A stretch of DNA of 56,205 nucleotides, filler included, from Sphacelaria rigidula (Eukaryota): NCBI GenBank assembly GCA_964200075.2. It is 5 parts of 5 records of this genome, joined end to end, with 100 filler letters (N's around TTAATTAATTAA, not from the genome) between each part and the next. Parts side by side here need not be neighbours in the genome. Positions count along the whole stretch, not along the records: positions 1 to 11,162 come from CAXNAA020005300.1; positions 11,263 to 22,423 come from CAXNAA020005301.1; 3 more parts are not named here. One strand, 5' to 3'. The first letter of the stretch is position 1, and every line of letters starts with the position of its first letter. The position numbers and the translations under genes are program-made. The notes under the pieces are model-generated. The model searched no databases. It was not told the origin of the DNA and saw nothing but the letters and a program-made list of their open reading frames with translations. This document shows positions 1 to 14,300 of the stretch, one piece after another.

Positions 1-3000
1 AGGATCTAACTCCAAATATTGGCCGGCGCATCCGCCTGCAAACGTCCATGCAACCTCCAGGCTGCCCAGCTCGTGGTCAACACTGTTGCTAGACCGAGCC
101 TCCGGACTTTTTGAGACCGTGCGACATACCTATCGCTTCCTTTTCCGAGTATCGAAAAAAATGTCGATATCGACGTTTTTTCGTCGACATTTGGAGATAT
201 CGTAGGAGTATCAAACTTTTTATTCCATTCGATATCCAACACTAGGGAACGCCCAGCTTGATCTCGGGGGGGGGGGGGGCGATATTGGGCTGTTTGTACG
301 GGACCTTAGTCGATCCTTCCATGAGTCAAAAGTATGAACATGTCCTACCACTCTTCAGGCCTATTGCCTGGCCCGAAAAATTCCTGGGAACACTCATGGT
401 TGATCCGGGCAGCATTGCTGACGATCGGGGAATCTTAATGTCTCCTAGCCAAATACAACGAAACCCCTCAACCGTCAGCCGGTGAAACCTCGGTGAAACT
501 GTTCGAAAACGATGGTGGAGGTCAAGCAAGGCTATTCCAAACTCGAGTACAGACAGTAGATCTTGAAACGAAAACTTCACTTGAAAAATGAATTGAAGAC
601 CCAGATGACCGCCCTGGCGGTCAAAGGGTGAGGGATAAATATGACCAGACTCAAATCACACACCACACTACTGTATCATTGCACACATCGTACACGTGTT
701 ACTCCAGTGCAGTGAAGTACTGTATGCAGTGCAGTACTCATACACAGAGCGAAATACAATTTAGTCACGTCGACCTGTGCCCCTATCGTGTCTTCGGCAC
801 CTCAACTCAGCAACGGGGCAGAACTGGGATGGTTCGAACGCTTACCACATGCACCACGACCACTTTCCAATTCACAACGCTGCTACTTTTACGGGGTTCC
901 AGGTTGCAAAGCAACTGTTGAGCATCACCTTCACATCTAGCACTATACCGTACCGTAACGTGCTATACAGAAACACAGGACAGACTGCATACCACGACCG
1001 AGTCAGCTGGCACAGACCTCGGCTGGTTTACTGTACAGCAACTAATGGGACAGGGTAGTGGATGACGCACCTTATCGTGGTTGGTGATATTACCACAAAT
1101 CCCGAGACGCAAGTCGCTAGAACGGATACGGCTGACAGCATAACATATCTCCCAGTGCCCTTCATGATGTCCGCGCAGACGTGCTGCAGTCTTTGACAAA
1201 ACGATTGTGTGTGCGTATTGCCCAGCGCACAATCTGCGACCCCATCGCATGGACTGTTAGTTCAGACCCGTAGTCATGATGATGAACACTAGATGAAGAA
1301 ATACCCGAAGGCTATCATGCTAAATGGATAGCATGGTACATCAGGAAAAAACGAAAGAAAGATTTATTTGAGCAACCAGAATGCAATATATTTATATGGA
1401 ACCAAGTCCGAGTACGTTTCCTCTCTCTTGTGATATTTTGTACAAGAGAGTGCAATCGCGGGTATGACATGAGGTGAGGGGCACAGGAACCAAAGTAAAA
1501 CACGAATTGAATCCAGGGGGGTGCGTCTAAAGGAGGCCGCCGCTGTCCGTACGGCACCATCTATTTGCTTATTGAGCTGGAGTGGCGATCGTCTTACCCT
1601 TTACACGTGGTGCTGGAAATCAAGAGCATTTTGTAAAATGACGAGGTGAGTCGGGTTAGTAGAGACAGCTCAAGGAGGTGTTAGCTGGGCCAGATCAAGG
1701 ACAGCACAGGTGACTCTCTCACGACTCCACTATGGTGGTGCAGTTGTTGCGGTGCTCTGCTGGCATGTATTCTCTGTCATTGCCGCCAGCTGTGTGCCCT
1801 CACTACGTCCCATGGAAGAATAGTAGTTGTAGATTCGAGGTTGTTGATTTTCGCTTCGCTGTGAGCTTGGTGAGCACGCTCAGCTATTCGGCTGCGTCTG
1901 TTCTCGGAAAACGACGAGCAATTCAAATGGCGAATAAATTGTGTTGGTTCAACATCAACTTGAGCGGGGTGCGGAGAATCGAGACCGTTCGTACTGGGTC
2001 TGCTGTGGAGATGTGCATCGGGTGGGTTTGGGTTTGACGGTGTATAGATCTGGGCTACGCTGTGCTTTACTGCGTTGTGTAGGTCTGCACAGAAAGGTGC
2101 GGTCCGTACAGCGAGGTTGCATCGAGCGATGCTCTCTTTTCTCTATGAGTTAACTGCTTGAGGGGTCACTAGTAGCTTTGTAATTGTGAGCCTTGAAAGC
2201 TGGGCGCCGTAGTTCAACCCGGTCAAGTGTCAGTACAGTTCGTACTATATGTTAAAGTTGTTTGGCGGATGTTCCTGAATCCCACGACCGTGAGAGACGA
2301 TGCCCCTGACAAAGCTCCCACCTGCTTCCCGGTGCAAGGGTATCACTATCGACTCAATTTTCGCCCGGTCCAATACTACTATTTCTCATCTGTGCACCCA
2401 CAGTGCGGTCTCGCAGCTTCCTAATCAATACAGCTGGAGTCATGGGGTGCAAATCCGTGTTGAAGGTCGGTATCGAATTGCAAAAACTAACGCGATTTGA
2501 ATCGGCGATTCTGCGGATCGAATTCGCCGGCTTAAAAGCCTATCCTTGTCCATTCGAATTAATATCGAGTGTCGAGTTTCGATTCTTGATTCTGTTCGAT
2601 TTTGGCCCTACTTTCCGAGAATGTGTGCAGGGCGGCCATTTCAGCTACCCTGGGCCCTGCTCTGTTCTAAAGTTGACTCAGGCTGTGTCTTCTCAAATTG
2701 TCTTCGTGTCGAAAACGTGCGGTCGAATCGAATTCCCTCGTTTCTGATTCGCCCACGCTCTTTATTTTCTCAGATGGCTGAGAACATGGATGCCGTGGAC
2801 GTATCAGGTAAGAGCAAATTCGATTCCACCGTACATTTTCGAGTCGAAAACTATTTGATGAGACACGGCCTCAGGCCCTGTCTTGGCACATGAGTTTTCG
2901 ATCGAAAAAGTACGGTGGAAAACAAAAATCCTGATCTGATAGTTTACGATTTCAACCAAGGACGATGGTTGAAATTACGACCTATCAGGTCGGGATTTTT

Positions 3001-6000
3001 GCTCTCCACCGCACAATTTCGATCGAAAACTGATGTGCCAAGACAGGGCCTCACCGCCCCCATGTCTCTCACAATACACACAATACACAACCGCTCGGAG
3101 CGTGTTCACCCCCCCGCCGCCAACGTCACCAAGAAGCGGGACGGATTGGGGTCGAGTTGGTCAACAACCTCGCGTTCCCACAACGGTCCCACAGGGTCGC
3201 GTAGAACATGGGCGACTCTCGTCCGAGGTCCCTCAGGCGGGTTCCTACTCAAGGATATGTATCCCCATTTCGAAACCCCCCTCTTGCACAACGGCCGCTG
3301 ATTGATCGCTGCGATACCATCCCCCAAAACGGGCCCCAAAATCCCCTTTGAAAAGGGGATTTCAGGACGTGAACGCCTCCTGACTCCCCCTTTGCAGAGG
3401 AAATTAAAAGGAGATTTTGCGTACGCCTGCAACGGGAAAACAGATGTCTTTGACAGGGGCACATACAAAGGCTTGACGCACAACCCAACAAAATCAGAGG
3501 TGAACCTGAGGAACTTGGTGCCCCCGCAAACCAAAACCTAGGGCTGTGAAGTGGCTGCTCTGGCCAGTGAAGTTTAAACTGGCGGGCCCAGGTCATCGGC
3601 TTCGCTGATTGCTTTGCCGATTGACTGAAGAAACATAGACAGCAAGCGGCGAAGCCGGAAGCCCCAACGCCTTCCTCCCGCCCCGGCTGGTGCGAGGGCT
3701 CGCGAGAGCGCCGCTGGAGGCAAGAACAATGCGTTATTTGGCTTGTTTGGCCTTCAAAGGTCGTAGATAGTTGCAGAGAATGTGAGCCTTAAGACATCGA
3801 GGAGTCAAGAGGCGTAGATGGCATAGAAATTTCATCTGAAGCCGTGAGTGATTCGAAAATCGTTCATGTGCCGTATCCAGCAGCAGAGCTTCCACGAGAA
3901 GCTGAGGATGGGAATAAGTGAGCCAAGCGAACTTTCAGCACTTGGACCGACGGGCCCTGACCAATTCATTTGAATTCAGAAAAACTTGCGGGGTGATGTT
4001 GTCCCTTTTTTGCTCCAGCTGTTTCAGTACATTCAAGACCTCATCAGGTATCGAAAATTTTCTGCATGCCGCGTACGACATAGTAGAAATAATCTTCAAT
4101 CCGTTGATGATGTCCCACTTGGAGGTCAGACGTATGGGTTTTCCAGGGAAAGTAGTGGTTCCTGGGGGCAGTATCCACCGGTTTGCCCTGTCGTAGATTT
4201 ACGTCGGTGTTCCTGACTATCCTAGGAATACGTAGAGAAAGTGTCGATGTTTTGACAATACCTGTCGTGTGTTCAGAGGATCATGAAGTCCATCCGCAAA
4301 CGGCAAACAACTCGAATAACACCCCCTCTCCCGGTGAGGGTGGTGGAGGAGGAGATGTGCACATCTCATCGCCGGAGAGGGGGAGAAGGGCGGTCTCGAA
4401 TCAGCAAGTAGGATGCCTACGTTCTAGTGATCGCTCGCGTGTATTCTACAGGCCCTGACGGTAGCTTATGATACCTACACTTACGTCAAGAGGGGGGGGG
4501 GGGGGGGGGGAAAAGAGGGGGGGGGCAGAACCTTCGCCGGGTGGTTTGTTGTTCTGNNNNNNNNNNTAGATGGGGGGCTCGGCGGTTAGGTTGGGAACCC
4601 CGGGCGGGGGGGGGGGGGGGGGGGGGGGGGCGTAAAGAAGGGATGGGGCAATACCTTCTCCGGGGTATATTTAGTCCCGTTACGAAAAGCGGAAATCATA
4701 CGAGAAATGAGTTCGGGTAACTGGTAGGCTTTCTATGGGTACCACTCGCGTATTCAGATCATCGCTGTTCGCCCGGAAATGGCTCACACGTCGAATAACA
4801 CCTCCTTTCCGCTGACATTGATCAGCTAGGGGATGCGTTAATTTCATCCCTGGGAAAGGGGATGGGAAGAGAAGAAGGTCATCTGGAAGTATTATGTAGT
4901 ATAGAGCTTCTCACGCCCCCCCCGTGTGTTCGGGGGCATTGCAATTCGTGTGAAACTGCCTATGAAACTGGCGAAAAGTAGATAAAACCCCCCCCTCTTG
5001 TCTCGAGAGGGGATATATCGATTTCATCCCCGATTGGGGAGGGATGGGGGGGCGAAGATAAGTATTTTGTTGTGTACGCGTTTTATGGATGCTGTTCCTG
5101 TGTTTGGGTGCATCGCCGTTCGTATGTAACAGGCGAAAACGGTAGATACCGCCCGTGTGACGATTGTTTTGGGGGGAATGCATCCACTAAATCTACGGAT
5201 AATTAAGTGCTTTCATTTTTTTGTCATTTACGTGTTTCAAGCATCCCCAAAAATAATAATGCCATCGAAACGTATTACCGTTTGCACGATATAGATCAAA
5301 ATGGTGCATACCACCCCCTGAATTCACGGCAGAAATCATCCCAGCGGAAGGCTATATTCTCGTCCCCTGCGCTGCCATGCACCCCCCGCCCAAATCCAAC
5401 TGTACTAATGGTGTTGATGTACTATGATGCGTCATATGTCAAACTTTGCGCCCTTGATCCGTGAGGAACTCTCTCCTTCCGTCTCTGGGCCAGACGCCTC
5501 ATTTTCTCAAGCCTTGGCAAAGAAGCAAAGATGGGGAGAGAAAAGACAGCCGTCAACCATTTTTACGGCGGAAAGCCACGGAAGAATCCACCAACATACG
5601 AGTACGCCATGCGTACACCAAAAATGTCACCCCGGTGCGGTCGGATTAGTTTGGTCCGATGAAGGCACGCAACGGGTCAAGTGTGATCAAGCTTGTCCAC
5701 AGCCAAAACTAGCATTTGCGTCCCTGAACTCTATACAAAGATCGGTCTATCTCGTATATACTGAGTCCCGTGCTACACTTGAGCATATCCATATATGTAT
5801 ATATATATATATATACGGGTTTGAAATACACGCATTGGGCCAATAGTTAGCGTGAAAGCTGTTCAAAGCCCACCGTATGTCGTTGAACAAGTAGGCGGTG
5901 GGTTAATAGGTACCGGTCAAATTAATGCATACATCAAGTTCAAGTAATCCAATTCGAATTATCACCAGTTCACCTACATCATGTATCGCATTATATAACG

Positions 6001-8282
6001 CAAACTTGGTTTTAGTATGAACTTTGTCACACTTGTGTTTACCGGCCTTCTGCAGTCCGTAGCCGCAGTACAGAACCGTGCTGCGGGGAGATGATACTCA
6101 GTACAACAACGGCCTCACGAGGGGTGCTTTTTCTTTCTGTATACGGGTCGGTGCGCCTAACGTTCGCTATGAGCATCGTTGTGCCTGCGGTATGGTTGCG
6201 GTGGCCGGGGTTGGTGTTGCAGTCTCCATTTGCGCTTAGCTTGCTCCTGTATCCTGCACGGCTTTGGATACGGGGCATGAGATAAGTCGGTGTTATCGTC
6301 GTCGTTGTGCGCTGTTTCATGCTACCCGGACGGCACAACCCCAAGCAAAGGACTACATCGGCATCAATGCTGCTGGCTCCCTGATGTTGGCCGTCGTGCT
6401 GTTGTTCTGGATGGCTCGTGTTGATCGGTGCCGTACAGACAGTGCTCACGCGATGCCCACCGCCTGGCCAAGGTTGGCGCATCTTGCGGTAAAGATACAG
6501 GCGGTACCGCGACAGGAAGTTGTTTAAAGATGCAATGGCGAAGACGACCAAGCACTCTACACACCGAACATCAGACAGCTAACGTAAACATGTCTCTCTC
6601 TTGCGACCCCGTGTGCTAGAGCAACACCCCCCTTCGAAGGTATACCGTAAGCTTGCTTCATGACGACATGGTGCTCTTGGAAACATAGTTGATACACTAT
6701 CTTGGGCTGCAGCCAGCTCGCCGGGGGAAATGAAGCCGAGACTGGTCCTAGACAAAACAAAAACCCAAGCAACTCAACCTTGTTGACCTCTCTGCGGCAC
6801 ATCGGGCTGGAGTAGCGCACGTGTGTCTACCAACACAGAAATCCCGGTTGAAACCCGTCCGAGAACATGGAAAACAACAAAAAAATAACTGATTTCAGTT
6901 TATTTTATCATAAACGACCCGTACCTATGAAGTCGGTGCCAAAAAACAGCACCTGGAAATCCACAAGTTTCCATCGTTGGTGTCAAAAGGGTTATTGAGT
7001 TCCCCAATGCATTGGAGTCGAAAACTCCAAAACGCGGCTTGGATCAGCGTGGGACTGCCCCATACTAAGGTTGGTACGAAATATAGCCGGTAACGGAAAA
7101 CTTCAAACAAACTAGACGAGTGGCGCCCTCGTTGCCAGTTCCAGCTTAACACCAGATCCAGTTTGAAACGACAGTATCCACTGGTCCAGTTTACAGCCAT
7201 AAGTACAGTAGTTCAGGCAATCCCCAGCACACACCAAACCGTCTTCGTCGGATTCAAACGCACCACACTGCAGAGTAAGCTACAGCACAGGAAATGATGA
7301 GTCTTGGTGCGAAATGCCTTGTCCATTACGGAAGGCACAGCATCCAAAAAACACATGATGCTATTTTCAAGGTTGATGAGACAGCGCTGCGTGCCGACCG
7401 GAATTGTTTAGTGCAGAGCGAAACACAAGAACAGTACGTACAGCAGCTCAGGCAATCCCAGCGAAGAGCAAACCGTCTTCGCAAGGCCCAACACACCACA
7501 GTACAGTGGCAGCTACGGCACATGAGTGAGAGAGGGCGTGAGTGCGTTTGTGCAGCAGTACAGCAGAGCATGACATGTCCCGTAGTTTAACCCCGATGTT
7601 GAACAGCTCCTCTTTTTTGGTCGGGCGTTTAAAATGGGGTCCCCAATTTGATCAGAAATCCGCCCGTTCACCATAATTCGAAACCGTGGGGGTCGCTTTT
7701 GTTCAAAATCGTCTCCGACGTGGTTCCATGAGATACGGGTTTTTACGTCTCGTTCAAAATCGGTCGCGATTTCGATTTTGAACGGGTCTCACAAGAGATT
7801 ATCTAAAAGGCCCAGTCCTGCGGACTTAACGGTGTCCTTGTCTAGCGGCAACTCAGTGCTGAATTGCACACGCGTTAGAGCTGTGTATCACTCGGGGTTT
7901 TTAAATATCACTGAGTCGAGGAGGCTGTAAATACCAATGCAACCAATAAATGACGTTCTATTGGCACTGCATTGATCCTGTGGCGACACAGCTGCCGGTG
8001 GGAGGGGTTGAGTCACGTGTGGGCGTAAGCCCGGCTGCCCCTGAAGCAGAAAGGATCCATGTTTTGGATTCATTCTCTTTTAAAACGACCTCATGTTTGA
8101 TCGCCCCTAGGGCAAGCACCTCACGTGCACGAAGACACTTCTTAAGACCCAAATTTACATATTTTACTGCATTGCTTCACGATAGATGTGACAGTGCCAG
8201 ATGGTCGAGACGCGATGTGGGGCAGCTCGTGTGTGTACCGCGTTAGTGCTCCGTTCTCAACGGTCAACGATCATGTGACTAG

Positions 8283-11037
<2,755 letters not shown>

Positions 11038-11162
11038 GTAAAGGGTCCTTCACCCCCCCCCCCCCTTTCGGGTTGGGGACCTAGACCTGCCAGAAAGAAG
11101 GCAAAACAATAGAGAGCAGAAGTCATATAGTGGCAGAATGTGAACTATACAAGGAGGAACGG

Positions 11163-11262
11163 NNNNNNNNNNNNNNNNNNNNNNNNNNNNNNNNNNNNNN
11201 NNNNNNTTAATTAATTAANNNNNNNNNNNNNNNNNNNNNNNNNNNNNNNNNNNNNNNNNNNN
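11163..11262. other. Artificial scaffold linker (N44-TTAATTAATTAA-N44)
   Basis: 100-bp spacer with stops in all six frames, identical to the three other linkers. Confidence 0.97.
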
Positions 11263-11372
11263 GCGCGGGGTGTTTGGCAGTATGCGCGTGGGTGGGGGGG
11301 GGGGGGGGGGGGGGGGGGGGAGTCTTGAAATGAATGAGTGAGAAATAAAAATATAAAAACACTCCCGCTGAC

Positions 11373-14300
11373 CTCGCTTCGTCATCATCCTCGGCATCCC
11401 CGCTGCGTTTATCATCCTCGGCATCGCGATCCCTGCGCCGGCGCTCACGACTCCTACTGTCCCTCTTGCGCCCTCGGGACCGGCTCCGAGAACGTTCTTT
11501 GCGACGCCTGCTTTCCCTCTCCCTGTTGCACGGTGGTAAATCGAACAGGTCGTGGCAGAGAATGTAAGCGATTCGGTACTCCTTCGACCTCATTTCATCC
11601 GAGACGGGGCGGGACGAACGTGACAAGAGTGAAATCAGATATTGACGTACATACACATGACCCCGCCTTGAGTGACAGATCATGTCGTACCTTCAAAGCG
11701 TACTCATGGAAATGGAAAAGGTACCTCCAATGCATGAAGTAACTTCGTCACCCCCCCCCCCCCCCTTTTATCTTTTCTTCGTTGTACAGAAGCGACGTTC
11801 ATAAAGAAACAGGTTGTGAAAAAGTCAGCCTGAGGTCACATGTCATGCCTCGACAAAAAAAAATCCTGCTGAGAAGTGCCTTTTTGGCCCTTCGTCGTTT
11901 TTTGCCCGAGAATAGGGTTAGGTGAACGTTGACACGTTGGAATTACTTGCTCTACTTGACGAGACCGTTTCAGGGCACCTTTGCGTTTCCCCCCCTTATT
12001 TTTTTCATTATATCATAATTTGACCGTTTGTTACTGAAAACTGTGACCTACGAAAAACGCAAAGGTGTCCTGGAACGGTCTCAGCCAGCAGAGCGAGACT
12101 TTCCGAGGTGTCAACATCTGCCTGGCCCTCTTTTCGAGCGAAAAACGACGGAGAAGGGCCAAAAAGGCACTCATCAAGTGGCCTCAGATTTTCAAAAAAT
12201 GGAGATAGTGCTCAGCCTCAGCAGCAACCGCTACACCACGTCCAATACAGTAGGCCATGGCGAACCTTTGCATCATCAGATGAGAAACTCAGGCTGAGCC
12301 TGCCTTTCAGTTTTCTCATGAGCGGGCCGTTATCGTACTGGACGGTTACAATCCTTCCCGTTACCTCCTGACCCAATCCTCGAGACCAAAATGAAAGGCA
12401 CGTACCGGGGGAGATGGGTTGATCCCTTGAGACCACGGACTCATCTTGAGGAAGGGGAGGGGTTCAAAGTGTGATAAAAATATACATACATGTTGCTAAA
12501 ACGTTGTACGAGCTGGGCCAGGAGTAAATCCCGCATTCGCTATCCCAAATCAGCGCAACCAACCTGGTAACACACGGCACGCGCGCTAAATGAAGAAATC
12601 GAATAAAGAAAATGTACTGCATAATATATGACCTCCATAACTAGAGTCTCCCGTATCACTTGGATTAAATGGGTGCGGCTGAGTAACAACAAAAGCGCGA
12701 TGCGGCGCCCGATTTGAAGTATTTTTTATCGAAACTTCAGCAGGATGTCGTTGACGCGAGTGTCCGTATGTGTTGGAGTATTGTCGTTTTTACCAACGTT
12801 CACGGAAGTTATACCAGTTTTCCTGCTTTTGCTGAAACTTCAACTCGCTTTAATTCAAGGCTAGTTATGTATGAAAAAACACGCTATCAGAAAAGTCCTT
12901 TTTCAACAACGCGTTTTTCAACAGAATTGTTCAAAGTAGCCCTCCTTGCGTGATCGACGCACCATCAACATTGAAAACGCAGTGTTCATCGTTTTCTATG
13001 AGGTGTGCAGGCATCATTTCAAATTCTGGAGCGCGCGAGAGAGACACAGCACTCTGCTGTCCTGTCATGGTGTGCGGTTCGTACTGACTGTCTGCACTAC
13101 TGTGATACATTACCTGAGCAATACATGGTGGGCTGCGTGACGCAAGACCATCAGTAAGAACAACGCCTTGCTGTACCAACTGACTGTACGAGTGACGGTT
13201 GTGCTCTTTTACTGCACGGTAGTACTTGACTGAAAAAACAGCACGGACAACAGTAGTACATACAACAGTAGCACTATTCATAGTCTTGTGTGTACTGTCA
13301 GTGTGATCCTGTATCTACAAGGCTTGGGCGCGTAGGCAGCCTGTACTTCAGATCGACGTCTGTAGGCAATACGCTGCACGCACAGACCTCAACTGAGCTT
13401 CAAGTTCGCTGCACTGTAGTACTCGGTTGTACGGGCAGCACAGACAACAGTACAGACACCACTGTTGTCATGTATGCGTTGGATGTGCGGCAGTAGTAGC
13501 GCTACTTAGCTCATACGTAGTCTTGTATGTACTGTCAGCCCGGTCCTGTCTCTGCAAGGCTTGGGTGCGTGGGCAATCTGTAAAGCATTGCGACGCCTGT
13601 TCGCAACACGCTGCGTGCAGAGACATTAACTGAGCTACAATTTTGTACGGACGACATACAGCATAGATTGTCCTGTCTTTACAGCAGTCGTCATCGACTC
13701 TGCCCTCTGCTGTTCTCATGGGGTAAAGGGCCACCACGCTACTGACAAGTGAAGGACAATGATGCAACACGCTGAATGCCCGCGAGCACCAGCGACAGCA
13801 CTAGTAGTGATGGCAGCCAAGCCATCACAGGTGCTGTCGTGGGCTGTAATGTGTGTCCATACGTGTTCAAACAAGGTTCAAACGCTTTCTCGATGACATT
13901 ATTCGATAGCTTGAGGTTATCAGAAAATCAAGATAACCTTGGGCTATCGGAAAATGTCACCAGAGAAATTTCTATCAGAAAACGCGTTTTCTGATCACAT
14001 AATAAGTGGGTTTTTGGTCATTTGATACACAAGGAGTAGCCTAAACTCCTGGGGTTTTATTTCGTCTCCTCTGCACCCCCAATAGGGCTACGCGGGTTAA
14101 TGATGAAAATGCCGTGTAAACAAATTTTGTACGGACGACATACAGCATAGATTGTCCTGTCTTTACAGCAGTCGTCGAACCTGCCCTTTGCTCTTCTCAT
14201 GGGGTAAAGGGCCACCACGCTTCTGGCGAGTGAAGAACAATGATGCAACACGCTGAATGCCCGCAAGCACCAGCGACAGCACTAGTAGTGATGGCAGCCA

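Noticed and set aside
11207..11218. Periodic TTAATTAATTAA palindrome every 11261 bp as a biological repeat
   Set aside because: It is embedded in N runs and is a synthetic six-frame-stop spacer.
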